A stretch of 64,000 nucleotides of DNA, from the NCBI GenBank assembly GCA_964291675.2, contig OZ219866.1, forward strand, positions 896,001-960,000, read 5' to 3'. Source of the stretch: Alphaproteobacteria bacterium (lineage in GTDB: Bacteria > Pseudomonadota > Alphaproteobacteria > MPNO01). Under the pieces are notes generated by a model. That model was not told the origin of the DNA and searched no databases. It saw only the letters and a program-made list of their open reading frames with translations. This document shows, piece after piece, positions 38,939 through 48,895 of the stretch (positions are counted from its first letter, which is position 1; every line of letters begins with the position of its first letter). The translations under genes were made by a program, and so were the position numbers.

Positions 38939-40434
38939 GCGGGCGATGGGGCGTTCTCGCGGCCGCCGCGCTCGGCGCCGCGCTGGCGGCGGGCGGGCCC
39001 GGCGGGTGCGCGGTCAATCCGGCGACCGGCGAGAAGGTGTTCACCGGCGGGATCTCCGGGGCGCAGGAGCAGGCCGAAGGGCGCAGGCTGCATCCCGAGA
39101 TCCTCAGGCAGTTCGGCCCGGCGCTGGAGAACCCGTCGCTGCAGCGCTATGTCGACTCGGTCGGCCAGCTGCTGGCACGGACCGTCGAGCGGCGCGATCT
39201 CGCATACACCTTCACGGTCATCGACAGCGACGTCGCCAACGCCTTCGCGATCCCCGGCGGCTACATCTACGTCACCAGCGGGCTGCTCGCCCTGTTCGAC
39301 AGCGAGGCGGAGCTCGCCGCCGTGCTCGGCCACGAGCTCGGCCACATAACGGCGCTGCACTACGCGCGCGGGCGCGGCCAGGCCATCCTGGCGCAGCTCG
39401 GCGTGCTCGCCGCGGGGATTCTCGCCGGCCGGGCCGCGCCCGGCAGCGGGGCGGAGCGCATCGTCGGCGAGCTCGGCGGCAAGGCCGCCTTCGCCTATCT
39501 GCGCAGCTTCTCGCGCGAGAACGAATACGAGTCCGACGATCTCGGCATCCGCTATCTGGCGCGGGCGGGCTACGACACCGGCGCGGTGGCCCGCATGCTC
39601 GGCAAGCTGCGCGCCCATGGCCGGCTGGAGGCGGAGCTCGCCGGCCGGTCGCCCGAGGGGATCGACCGCTTCGACTACACCGCCACCCACCCCGCGCCGA
39701 TGGCCCGCATCCGGCGCGCCGCGGCGAAGGCCGCCCGGACCAAGCCCCGCGACCCGATGGTCGCGCGCGAGATCTATCTCGGCAAGATCGACGGGATGGT
39801 CTATGGCGGCAGCCGCCAGCAGGGCTTCGTCCGCGGCCGGCACTTCATCCATCCCGAGCTGCGCTTCCGCTTCTCGGTGCCGCGGCGCTTCATCCTGCAC
39901 AACATGCCGAAGGCGGTGGTGGCGAACGGAAGCGGCGGCGGACAGATCGTCTTCCGCCTGCAACCGCGCGGCGCCAGCCTGTCGGCCGCCGGGTTCCTGC
40001 GCGCCAAATGGGGAGCCCGGTTCCGGCTCGGCCGGATCGACGAGTTCACCCTCAACCGCATGCCGGCGGCGTCCACGCGGTTCGCCGCGCGCGGCCGGGG
40101 CGGCGTCGTGGACATCGCCGTGCTCGCCGCAGGCGCCCGCGGCGGCAAGGTCTACGAGCTGGTCTTCGTCTTTCCGCACAAGCCCGGCTCGCGCCTCCAG
40201 GAGGCGTATCGCACCGTCAGGCGCAGCCTGCGCGAGATGACCGCCGCCGAGGCGGCGACGCACCGTCCCTGGCGGATCCGGACGGTCAGGGCGCGCCGGG
40301 GCGACACGCAGCAGAGCCTGGCGCGGCGCATGGCGGTGGCGGAGCGCCGGCTGGCGCGGTTCCGGGTGCTCAACGGGCTCGGCCCGGGCGAGGCGATCGC
40401 CGCCGGGCGGACGGTCAAGATCGTCGCGGAGTAG
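38935..40434 (+). CDS. M48 zinc metalloprotease lipoprotein
   Basis: CAVNPATG, NAFAIPGG, HELGH and THP; LysM-like C-terminus. Confidence 0.9.
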   Translation: MSGRWGVLAAAALGAALAAGGPGGCAVNPATGEKVFTGGISGAQEQAEGRRLHPEILRQFGPALENPSLQRYVDSVGQLLARTVERRDLAYTFTVIDSDVANAFAIPGGYIYVTSGLLALFDSEAELAAVLGHELGHITALHYARGRGQAILAQLGVLAAGILAGRAAPGSGAERIVGELGGKAAFAYLRSFSRENEYESDDLGIRYLARAGYDTGAVARMLGKLRAHGRLEAELAGRSPEGIDRFDYTATHPAPMARIRRAAAKAARTKPRDPMVAREIYLGKIDGMVYGGSRQQGFVRGRHFIHPELRFRFSVPRRFILHNMPKAVVANGSGGGQIVFRLQPRGASLSAAGFLRAKWGARFRLGRIDEFTLNRMPAASTRFAARGRGGVVDIAVLAAGARGGKVYELVFVFPHKPGSRLQEAYRTVRRSLREMTAAEAATHRPWRIRTVRARRGDTQQSLARRMAVAERRLARFRVLNGLGPGEAIAAGRTVKIVAE

Positions 40435-40897
40435 CCGCCTCCGCCAGGATCAGGGCGACGACCCGCCGCGCCCGGTCTTCGGCCTCGGGCCGCGAGCTGG
40501 CGCGCGGGCCGGCCACGTTGAGCGCCCCGATGCGCTCGGCGGCGATCCACGCGCCGGCCCGGGCGGCGGCCTCCCCGTCGCCGAGCCGGCTCATGTCGAG
40601 CACCAGGCACGGCTTCGCCAGGCGCCCGGCGAAGGCGACGGTCCTCCTCGTGCCGCCACTCGGCTCGCCCCAGGCGAGCACCAGCGTGGCGTCGGAGTCC
40701 CGCACGTTGCGGCGGGTCCGCTCGACATAGCGGGGCGAGGCGGTCTCCTCCAGCGGGTAGCGCCCGGGGATCGGCCCGTCCTCCGCCCGGCGGCCGCGCG
40801 GGCACCAGCCGCCGCACGGGAACCCGGCGTCGAGCGCGGCATCGAGCGCCCCGCGGTCGACCCCGGTCTGCCCGCCCGAGAGAATCTTTTCGAACAC
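40415..40897 (-). CDS. Putative molybdenum carrier / SLOG-family protein
   Basis: SGGQTGVDR, GGWCP, NVRDSD and LNVAGPR. Confidence 0.85.
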   Translation of the reverse strand: MFEKILSGGQTGVDRGALDAALDAGFPCGGWCPRGRRAEDGPIPGRYPLEETASPRYVERTRRNVRDSDATLVLAWGEPSGGTRRTVAFAGRLAKPCLVLDMSRLGDGEAAARAGAWIAAERIGALNVAGPRASSRPEAEDRARRVVALILAEAATPRRS

Positions 40898-40924
40898 CTG
40901 TTCCGGGTCGCGGCGATGCGGCGA

Positions 40925-41425
40925 TCACGCGGGCTTGGCGAGGACCGCCTCCAGCTTCTCCGCCGCCGCGTCGCGGTCGATCTTGTCGACCAGCGCCAGC
41001 TCCTGGGCCAGCCGGTCGAGCGCCGCCTCGTACATCTGGCGCTCGGAATAGGACTGGTCGGGCTGGCCGGCGGCGCGGTGCAGGTCGCGCACCACCTCGG
41101 CGATCGCCACCGGATCGCCGCTGTTGATCTTGGCGTCGTATTCCTGGGCGCGGCGCGACCACATGGTGCGCTTGCCGCGGGCGCGGCCCTTGAGCGTCTT
41201 CATCGCGGTCTTCATCTTGGCCCGCGACGAGATCTTGCGAAGCCCCGAGTCCTTGACCTTGTCCACCGGCACGCGGAGCGTCATCTTCTCCGACTCGAAC
41301 GAGATCACGAACAGCTTGAGATCGAACCCCGCCACCTCGCGGTCCTCGATCCCGAGCACCCTGCCGACGCCATGCGTCGGGTAGACGACATAGTCGCCTT
41401 CGGAAAACGCCGATTTGTTCGTCAT
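40925..41425 (-). CDS. carD: CarD-family transcriptional regulator
   Basis: VVYPTHGVG, WSRR and QSYSER. Confidence 0.95.
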   Translation of the reverse strand: MTNKSAFSEGDYVVYPTHGVGRVLGIEDREVAGFDLKLFVISFESEKMTLRVPVDKVKDSGLRKISSRAKMKTAMKTLKGRARGKRTMWSRRAQEYDAKINSGDPVAIAEVVRDLHRAAGQPDQSYSERQMYEAALDRLAQELALVDKIDRDAAAEKLEAVLAKPA

Positions 41426-41582
41426 CGGGCGGTACTCACCCCTTCGTATCGAACCGTCGCCGCCGCCATGCGCCCGGGCTCCCCGGTCGAACCCGCCCGG
41501 AGACCCGGAGCAGCCGGCAATCAGGTCGCGCCTATCACAAAACCGTTTGAAATGTAAGGAGCATCGCGGAGAAGGGCCGCGC

Positions 41583-41921
41583 TCAGCTGCCCTGGCCCGG
41601 GTTCTCCGAGAAGTGCTCGGCGAACTTGTTCTTCACCTCCCGCCAATCGTCGGCGTCGGCCGGCGACTCCCCCTTGCGGGTGATGTTGGGCCACGTATCG
41701 GCGTATTTGCGGTTCATCTCGACCCACTCCTCGGCCCCTTCGTCGGTGTCGGGACGGATCGCCTCGACCGGGCATTCGGGTTCGCAGACGCCGCAATCGA
41801 TGCATTCGTCGGGATGAATCACCAGCATATTCTCGCCCTCGTAGAAACAATCCACTGGGCAGACCTCTACGCAGTCCATCAATTTACACCGGATGCACAT
41901 ATCGTTGACAATATAGGTCAT
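41583..41921 (-). CDS. fdxA: Ferredoxin (FdxA type)
   Basis: [10 protein letters not shown] and [12 protein letters not shown]. Confidence 0.96.
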   Translation of the reverse strand: MTYIVNDMCIRCKLMDCVEVCPVDCFYEGENMLVIHPDECIDCGVCEPECPVEAIRPDTDEGAEEWVEMNRKYADTWPNITRKGESPADADDWREVKNKFAEHFSENPGQGS

Positions 41922-42012
41922 GGTCTGGCGACTCCCGGTTTCGAAGCGACAGGGAACTTAGTACCGGAGCCCGTGTCAGCCAACATCTTTTCGCCCGTCG
42001 CGTGCGACCGGC

Positions 42013-42486
42013 TCACCCCCCGCCCGCTTCGAGCCGCGCGGCCGCCCGCCGCCTGGCCAGCGCGCCGTCGCGGTCGGACACGTAGATCAGCCCGCCGATC
42101 CGGCGCATCAGCTGGGCCTCGTGCGCATCGACCCGGCCGTCGGCAAGCACCACCTCCCACAGCATCTCCACCAGGGCGACGCGCTGCTCGTAGCTGTAGC
42201 GGTCCTTCACGGTGCGGGTGAAGCCGAGGATCTGCACCGCCCCCGCCGCCCTGTCCTCGGCCGCGGCGAGCAGGGTCTCGGCCTCCTCCGCATCGAGCGA
42301 GAACCGCCGCAGCAGGATGTCGAGGATGCGGCGGCGCTCGACCTCGTCGAAGCTGGCATCGACCGATGCGGCGTGGACCAGCAGGGCCGCCGCGGCGATC
42401 TCCAGCGGATCCTGCGGCCGCACGGCTTGCGGGGCGTCCGGTTCCGCCGCGCGGCCGCCCAGCAGGTCCCTGATCCGGTTGATCAT
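42013..42486 (-). CDS. TerB-family protein
   Basis: AAAALLVH and LWEVVLADG...HE. Confidence 0.85.
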   Translation of the reverse strand: MINRIRDLLGGRAAEPDAPQAVRPQDPLEIAAAALLVHAASVDASFDEVERRRILDILLRRFSLDAEEAETLLAAAEDRAAGAVQILGFTRTVKDRYSYEQRVALVEMLWEVVLADGRVDAHEAQLMRRIGGLIYVSDRDGALARRRAAARLEAGGG

Positions 42487-42773
42487 GGGGCGGTCGCCTG
42501 CGGCGCGCGCGGCGGGATGGTCTCGTAGAGCCGCCTCGCCTCCTCCGGCGGGCCGCGCCGCGTGCCGACCGCCAGCACGCGCACCACCTGGATCTCCCGC
42601 GGCATGGGCACCGTCAGCACGCTGCCGGGGGCCACGCGGTGATCGGCCTTGCGGGTCACCCTCCCGTCCACCCTGATACGCCCCTCCCGGCACAGCCGGG
42701 TCGCCTTGCTGCGGCTCTTGAACAGCCGCGCGTACCAGAGCCACTTGTCGAGCCGGATCGCGTCCTCGGTCAT
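42483..42773 (-). CDS. S4 RNA-binding protein (Hsp15-like)
   Basis: RLDKWLWYARLFKSRS and RRGPPEEARRLY. Confidence 0.92.
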   Translation of the reverse strand: MTEDAIRLDKWLWYARLFKSRSKATRLCREGRIRVDGRVTRKADHRVAPGSVLTVPMPREIQVVRVLAVGTRRGPPEEARRLYETIPPRAPQATAP

Positions 42774-45268
42774 ACCGGTTTCTTGAGGCCCTGGAGCTTG
42801 GCGAAAGGCGAGGACGACGGGTTGCGCCGCCTCCCCGGCCGGCGCCCCCGCCGTTCCCGCGCGGCGCGTTCGGGTGCGGCGCGGACATAGCGCGCGCCGT
42901 CTTCGGTGTCCTGCAGGCGGTATCCCAGCCCGTTCAGCACCGGCCCGGCCTGCTGCGCCGAGAGCCCGGCCCCGGAGAGCAGCCCGGGAGCGAGCTCGAA
43001 CGGGCCGTTTCGCGCCGCCCGGGCGAGCGCGATGGCGAGGCGGTCGAGAATGTCGATGCGGATCGCGGTGCCGCCGATCAGTCGGAACCCGCAGGCGGCG
43101 TAGAAGGACGGGTCGGGGTCGGCGTCGGGCACCACCGAGCACAGGCCGGGCGGCGGCGCCGGCCGGGGCGGCCGGCCGCGGTGGATCGACCACAGAAGCG
43201 CCCTGAGCCGCGCCGCCCTCGGCTTGACCAGCGCCGGCAGGTAGACCGCCTCCATCCCGAAGCGTACGCCGAGCGCGCGCATGCGGCGCCGGTCCGCCGC
43301 CGGCAGGTCGGCGATCAGCGAGCGCACGTCGCGCCGCGGCAGCGAGCCCAGCGCCTCCACAAGCTGAAAGACGAGGCCGCGCGCCGCCCCCGCGAACCCG
43401 GCATCGCGGAGCGCGAACAGCGGCGCGAGGTCGGCTTCCAGATGGCCGGCGAGCCAGGCTTCGATGCGGCGCCGCGCCCGCGCCGCCGGATCCGCGCCGA
43501 GGCCCTCGTCGGCGCGCAGCTCGATCCGCGGCGCAAGCGGGCTCGCGCCGGCCGCGAGCCGGGCGACGACGGCGCCCCGCCAGGCGATGCCGGCATCGTC
43601 CCCGAGCGCGAACGCATCGTCCCCGTCCCCGGCCAGCGCGGCGGCGCGTTCGCGCAGGCTGCGCCGGACGGCGCGGTCCGCCAGAGGCCGCACCTCTCGG
43701 CCGCTGCGCGCGCCCTCCGCCGCGTCGACCGCGAACCGCAATCCTTCGACCCGGCCGACGGACTCGCCCGCGATCCGCACGATCCCGTCCGCATCCACCG
43801 TCGCGGCGAGGGAGGACCGGCCCCTGGCGCGGTTGAGCAGCGCCGCGCGGCGGTCGACGAAGCGCTGGGCCAGCCGGTCGTGCAGCGCATCCGACAGGCG
43901 GTCCTCGATCGACCGGGCACGCGCCTGCCAGGCCTTGCCGTCGTCCAGCCAGTCGGCGCGATGGGCGATATAGGTCCAGGTCCGCACATGGGCGATGCGC
44001 GCCATCAGCGTGTCGATCTCGCCGTCGGTGCGGTCGAGACCGGCGATCTGCCCGGCGATCCAGTCGGCCGGCAGCCGCTCTTGCGGCCCGGAGAGATGGC
44101 CGAACACCGTGGCCAGCAGGCTCGTGTGCTCTTCGGCCATGGTCTTGCGGTAATCGGGGATCTGGCACACCTCCCACAACAGCCGCAGCGCGGCGCCGCC
44201 CGCGGCGCGGCGGCGGATGTCCCCGTCGCCGAGCAGGGCGCCGAGCGCGCGCCGGTCGTCGCTCTCGCGCGCCCGCACCAGCTCGGCCCGGGGCGGCGTG
44301 GCGTCGAGGCTCTCCAGGAGCGCCTCCGGCGAGCGGAAATCGAGCGCCGCGTTGCGCCATTGCAGCGCGGCGAGCGGCTTGAAGCCGTGGTTCTCGATGG
44401 CCTCCACGACCTCCGGCTCGAAGGCGCCCAGCCCGCCCGTGGTGCCGAACGTGCCGTCGTTCATGTAGCGCCCGGCGCGGCCGGCGATCTGCGCCAGCTC
44501 GGCCACGTCGAGCTCGCGGTGCAGCCTGCCGTCGAACTTCTTGCGCTCGAAGAACGCCACGTGGTCGAGCCGCATGTTGAGCCCCATGCCGATCGCATCG
44601 GTCGCGACCAGAAAATCCACCTCGCCGTCCTGGTACATCGCGACCTGGGCGTTGCGGGTGCGCGGGCTGAGCGCGCCGAGGACGATCGCCGCGCCGCCGC
44701 GCTGGCGCCGCAGAAGCTCGGCGATCTCGTAGACCCGCCCGGCCGAGAAGGCGATCACCGCCGAGCGCGGCGGCAGCCGGGTGAGCTTCTTCGCCCCGCT
44801 CCAGGAGAGGCGGGACAGCCTGGGCCGGCCGACGAACTCCGCATCCGGCACCAGCCTGCGGATCAGCGGCCGCATGGTATCGGCGCCGAGCAGCATGGTC
44901 TCCACCTCGCCGCGGGCGCGCAGCAGCCGGTCGGTGAACACATGTCCCCGCTCGCCGTCGGCGCACATCTGGACTTCGTCCACTGCGAGGAAATCGAAGT
45001 CCCTTTCCAGCGGCATCGACTCGGCGGTGCACAGGAAGTAGCGCGCCCGGGCCGGTACGATCTTCTCCTCGCCGGTGACCAGGGCGACATGGCGCGCGCC
45101 CTTCAGCCGGACCACCCGGTCGTAGTTCTCGCGCGCGAGCAGGCGGAGCGGAAAGCCGATGACGCCGTTCCGGTGCGCCAGCAGGCGCTCGATCGCGAAA
45201 TGGGTCTTGCCGGTGTTCGTCGGGCCAAGAACGGCGGTCACGGATGCGCGCGGCCCGATGGCGGACAT
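42770..45268 (-). CDS. SUV3-like SF2 helicase
   Basis: GPTNTGKT, DEVQ, ATDAIGMGLN and QIAGRAGR. Confidence 0.93.
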   Translation of the reverse strand: MSAIGPRASVTAVLGPTNTGKTHFAIERLLAHRNGVIGFPLRLLARENYDRVVRLKGARHVALVTGEEKIVPARARYFLCTAESMPLERDFDFLAVDEVQMCADGERGHVFTDRLLRARGEVETMLLGADTMRPLIRRLVPDAEFVGRPRLSRLSWSGAKKLTRLPPRSAVIAFSAGRVYEIAELLRRQRGGAAIVLGALSPRTRNAQVAMYQDGEVDFLVATDAIGMGLNMRLDHVAFFERKKFDGRLHRELDVAELAQIAGRAGRYMNDGTFGTTGGLGAFEPEVVEAIENHGFKPLAALQWRNAALDFRSPEALLESLDATPPRAELVRARESDDRRALGALLGDGDIRRRAAGGAALRLLWEVCQIPDYRKTMAEEHTSLLATVFGHLSGPQERLPADWIAGQIAGLDRTDGEIDTLMARIAHVRTWTYIAHRADWLDDGKAWQARARSIEDRLSDALHDRLAQRFVDRRAALLNRARGRSSLAATVDADGIVRIAGESVGRVEGLRFAVDAAEGARSGREVRPLADRAVRRSLRERAAALAGDGDDAFALGDDAGIAWRGAVVARLAAGASPLAPRIELRADEGLGADPAARARRRIEAWLAGHLEADLAPLFALRDAGFAGAARGLVFQLVEALGSLPRRDVRSLIADLPAADRRRMRALGVRFGMEAVYLPALVKPRAARLRALLWSIHRGRPPRPAPPPGLCSVVPDADPDPSFYAACGFRLIGGTAIRIDILDRLAIALARAARNGPFELAPGLLSGAGLSAQQAGPVLNGLGYRLQDTEDGARYVRAAPERAARERRGRRPGRRRNPSSSPFAKLQGLKKPV

Positions 45269-45333
45269 GGCCCCAGCATCGGCAATCGGCGGGCGGAAGG
45301 CAAGGCCCGGCGGGGTAGGGGGTCACCCCCTCG

Positions 45334-45425
45334 TCGTGGCCGGACTTGATCCGGCCATCCATGCAGCCTCTCCGCCCGCACGGCGGTCGGACGGGACGGG
45401 CGGCGGCGCCCATGGATGCCCAGAT
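45334..45425. repeat. REP-like palindrome plus truncated inverted copy
   Basis: GTCGTGGCCGGACTTGATCCGGCCATCCATG, then CCATGGATGCCCAGATC running into the Fic stop codon. Confidence 0.75.
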
Positions 45426-46597
45426 CAAAGTCCCGGCAGCCGGGGAGACTCGGCTCCCGAGACCTCGGGCAGCTCGTAAGGGTCGAGAACGGTCCGGTCG
45501 CGTCGTGCCCTTTGCCTTGCCTCCTTGAGTTCTCTACCGGCTGTATAATATCTGCCTCGCCGCTCTCCGTGCGGGATGAGAATTTCTAAGTCGGTTAAAG
45601 TTCTGAGGTCCCGGCCGGCAACGTAAGAACTTTCTTCCGTCTCTTTTTGATATCTCGAATTCGTCACTCTTATGCCCAGCGCCGCATTGAATAACGGTAT
45701 CGTCATCCTTTCTATTAGCCTTTCGCGCGCAACTAGTTTCTCTATGCTTTCGAAGACCGACTCGTATTCTTCGTATCGTCGGATCAACGTGTTCGCTTGC
45801 TGATAGTGGGCCTTGAGACAGAACCTGACCCAGGGAAGCGCGGTGCGAGAAGGATTCCAGCTTCCTATCCCGACCTCACCGAGAATTTTGTAATATTCCT
45901 GAGTATTGCGCCCTAACCATTCTTCAATGCTGGAAAAGAGAGGATGAATAACCCCTTCCCTTGCAAGAACAAGTGTTTGCAGCCCCCGCGCCATCCGACC
46001 GTTGCCGTCCTTGAACGGGTGGATCATTGTCAGGTTCAGGTGCGCCATCGCCGCAGCAACGATGACCGATTGGTGATCCTGGTTGTCCAGGTACGCCACC
46101 AGCTCGCCGACCAAGGGATCCACTGTCTCGACATCCGGTGCTTCATACACGACCGCCCCGGTTTCATCGTTCACGACGCGCACGTCGCCCGGCCGCCACT
46201 TTCCTGGATGCGCTGTCATGTCGAACTGCGTCATCATGAAGTGCAGGCTCTTGAGGAGCTGTTTGTTGAATTCGAAATAGGGGTCCTCCGCCGCCTGCAT
46301 TATGTAGGTCATTGCGGCCCTGTACCCGTTGATGGCCGCCCACGTCTCTGTCTTTTCGTCCAGCGGCGGCTCATCTTCCACGGCCGCCATGGCCTCGTCC
46401 ATTGAGGCATTGTACCCCTCGATTGCGTTCGACCCTTGAATTGCGCGCGCAAGGGTGCTCTTCCGAAGGGTTCCGGACCAGCGGCGAGGATTGTTCTGGG
46501 TCGCGATTCTCAGACGAACCCTTTGACCCTTAAGTATTTCCAGCACCTTGTGGTCTTCTGCCGACAAGGCGGGCTCACCGAAGATCATGCCAGACAT
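45425..46597 (-). CDS. Fic-domain protein (putative AMPylase)
   Basis: Canonical HPFKDGNGRMAR motif; N-terminal SNAIEG inhibitory motif; visibly lower GC. Confidence 0.92.
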   Translation of the reverse strand: MSGMIFGEPALSAEDHKVLEILKGQRVRLRIATQNNPRRWSGTLRKSTLARAIQGSNAIEGYNASMDEAMAAVEDEPPLDEKTETWAAINGYRAAMTYIMQAAEDPYFEFNKQLLKSLHFMMTQFDMTAHPGKWRPGDVRVVNDETGAVVYEAPDVETVDPLVGELVAYLDNQDHQSVIVAAAMAHLNLTMIHPFKDGNGRMARGLQTLVLAREGVIHPLFSSIEEWLGRNTQEYYKILGEVGIGSWNPSRTALPWVRFCLKAHYQQANTLIRRYEEYESVFESIEKLVARERLIERMTIPLFNAALGIRVTNSRYQKETEESSYVAGRDLRTLTDLEILIPHGERRGRYYTAGRELKEARQRARRDRTVLDPYELPEVSGAESPRLPGL

Positions 46598-46665
46598 CCC
46601 GATTCATATTTGCGTACTGCAAGAATATATCTAGCAGTACGCGCAAACCAATTCAAATATCTAGC

Positions 46666-46929
46666 ATGAACAGGTTGGATATCGAGACCGGCAAGCCGAT
46701 CGTCCGGTGCCTCGTGGAAGGCCAGCGCATCCGGGCTACGGTGCGGATGGCGGACGTTTCCGAGAACACCGTCACCAAGCTTCCGACCGACGCCGGCAAG
46801 GCGTGCCCCGCCTATCGGGACGAGGCGCTACGCGACCTGCCATGCCAGCGCATTCAGGCCGACGAAGCGGCCCCAAGGCCCGGCTCGCGCGGCCCTTGCG
46901 AGAATGGGAATTCAAACTGAGACACCACC
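46666..46929 (+). pseudogene. IS1-like transposase remnant with probable terminal repeat
   Basis: N-terminal HTH (CLVEG..IRATVRM...NTVTKL...IQADE) truncated at 84 aa, followed by IS-end-like TCAAACTGAGACACCACC (46912-46929). Confidence 0.65.
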
Positions 46930-46938
46930 CCGCCGGGG

Positions 46939-46969
46939 CTTGAACGCGGGGCGCCGCTTGCGCATATCT
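46939..46969 (+). promoter_or_regulatory. Putative RpoH promoter of htpG
   Basis: CTTGAA-N16-CGCATATCT. Confidence 0.55.
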
Positions 46970-47026
46970 TCGCCTGTCGCGCGCGGCGGAGAGCGCCGTC
47001 CACATCGCACGATCGGGGAGGAGTCG

Positions 47027-48895
47027 ATGGCCGAGGAGACGCTGAGCTTCCAGACGGAAGTCTCCCGATTGCTGCGAATCGTCGCCAACTCGCTGTACAG
47101 CGAGAAGCGGATCTTTCTGCGCGAGCTGATCTCCAACGCATCCGACGCCTGCGACCGGCTGCGCTACGAGGCGCTCGCCGAGCCCGGGCTGATCGAGGAC
47201 GATCCGGATTTCCGGGTCCGCATCGAGCTCGATGCGGAGGCGCGGACCATATCGGTGGTCGATAACGGGATCGGCATGAACCGCGAGGGGCTGATCGCCG
47301 ATCTCGGCACCATCGCGCGGTCCGGCACCACCGCCTATCTGGAGCAGGTCTCCGGCGACGCGGCGGAGGACATGGCGCTGATCGGGCAGTTCGGCGTGGG
47401 GTTCTACTCCGCCTTCATGGTGGCCGACCGGGTCGAGGTCATCAGCCGGCGCGCCGGCGAGGACGCGGCGTGGCGCTGGGCCTCCGAAGGGCTCGGCGAG
47501 TTCGTCGTCGGCGAGGCCGAGCGCGCCGGCCGCGGCACCACGGTGACGCTGCACATACGCGACGGCGAGGACGGGTTCCTCGAGCCCGCCGGCCTGCGCG
47601 GCATCGTCAAGACCTATTCGGACCACATCGCGCTGCCGATCGTTCTCGTCGAGGACGGCAGCGAGGAGACCGTCAACGAGGCCTCCGCGCTGTGGACCCG
47701 GCCGCGCGGCGAGATCGACGACGACCAGTACGGCGAGTTCTACCGCCATGTCGGCCACGCCTTCGACGAGCCCTGGATGACGGTCCACTGGCGGGCCGAG
47801 GGGGTGCACGAATACACCACCCTGGTCTTCATCCCCTCCCAGCGGCCGTTCGACCTGTTCGACCCGCAGCGCAGGCACGGCGTGAAGCTCTACGTGAAGC
47901 GCGTGTTCGTCACCGACGATTGCGCCGAGCTGGTGCCGCAATGGCTGCGCTTCCTGCGCGGGCTGGTCGACAGCGAGGATCTGCCGCTCAACATCAGCCG
48001 CGAGATGCTGCAGAACAACCCGCTGCTGGCGCGCATGCGGGCGGCGATCGTCCGCCGCGTGCTCGGCGAGCTCGCCAAGAAGGCCGAGGCAGAGCCCGAA
48101 AGCTATGCCGGGTTCTGGGAGAATTTCGGCCCGGTGCTGAAGGAGGGTTTGTACGAGGACGCCGACAACCGCGACGAGCTCCTCGAGCTCGCGCGCTTCC
48201 ACTCGACCGCCGATGGCGGGCCGGTCGGGCTCGATGCCTATGTCGAGCGTATGAAGGAGGGCCAGGAGGCGATCTACTACATCGCCGGCGAGGCGCTCGA
48301 TGCGGTGCGCCAGAGCCCGCAGCTCGAAGGCTTTCGCGCGCGCGGCATCGAGGTCCTGCTGATGACCGACCCGGTGGACGAGTTCTGGATCCCGGCCGTC
48401 GGCACCTATTCCGGCAAGGCGTTCAAGTCGGCCACGAGGGCCGGCGCCGACCTCGCCGACATCGCGGTCGAAAGCGAGGCCGAGGGCGGCGGGGAGGCGA
48501 TCGACCAGGGACGCATCGACAGCGTGATCGCGATGTTCAAGCTGGCGCTCAAGGACGAGGTGAAGGACGTGCGGACCTCCGACCGGCTGACCGACAGCGC
48601 CGCCTGTCTGGTCGCCGACGAGGGGGATCTCGACATCAACCTCGAACGCCTGCTGAGGCAGCACCGGCAGCTCGATACCGGTTTTAGGCGCATCCTCGAG
48701 ATCAACCCGCGGCACGCGCTGATCCGCAGCCTCGCCGATGCCGTCGGCAAGGGCGCGGCGGCCGCAAGGCTGTCCGACACGGCGTGGCTGGTGCTCGACC
48801 AGGCGCGCATCATGGAGGGCGAGACACCGCCCGACCCCGCCGCCTTCTCCAGGCGCATGTCGGAGGCGCTCGCGCGCGGCCTGGAGGCCGGCTGA
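47027..48895 (+). CDS. htpG: Chaperone HtpG (Hsp90)
   Basis: FLRELISNASDA, IGQFGVGFYS and LPLNISRE. Confidence 0.98.
   Translation: MAEETLSFQTEVSRLLRIVANSLYSEKRIFLRELISNASDACDRLRYEALAEPGLIEDDPDFRVRIELDAEARTISVVDNGIGMNREGLIADLGTIARSGTTAYLEQVSGDAAEDMALIGQFGVGFYSAFMVADRVEVISRRAGEDAAWRWASEGLGEFVVGEAERAGRGTTVTLHIRDGEDGFLEPAGLRGIVKTYSDHIALPIVLVEDGSEETVNEASALWTRPRGEIDDDQYGEFYRHVGHAFDEPWMTVHWRAEGVHEYTTLVFIPSQRPFDLFDPQRRHGVKLYVKRVFVTDDCAELVPQWLRFLRGLVDSEDLPLNISREMLQNNPLLARMRAAIVRRVLGELAKKAEAEPESYAGFWENFGPVLKEGLYEDADNRDELLELARFHSTADGGPVGLDAYVERMKEGQEAIYYIAGEALDAVRQSPQLEGFRARGIEVLLMTDPVDEFWIPAVGTYSGKAFKSATRAGADLADIAVESEAEGGGEAIDQGRIDSVIAMFKLALKDEVKDVRTSDRLTDSAACLVADEGDLDINLERLLRQHRQLDTGFRRILEINPRHALIRSLADAVGKGAAAARLSDTAWLVLDQARIMEGETPPDPAAFSRRMSEALARGLEAG

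Noticed and set aside
42483-45428. Apparent long fusion ORFs (also 27080-28918, 38197-40434, 37115-38800, 13390-15264)
   Set aside because: Upstream extensions are out-of-frame reads over neighbouring genes; internal starts with overlap or RBS explain them
45301-46942. 18-bp imperfect inverted repeat (CAAGGCCCGGCGGGGTAG vs CCACCCCGCCGGGGCTTG) flanking the Fic islet
   Set aside because: Very GC-rich, two mismatches, no target duplication, and it overlaps the putative -35 elements of the divergent core genes; may be chance
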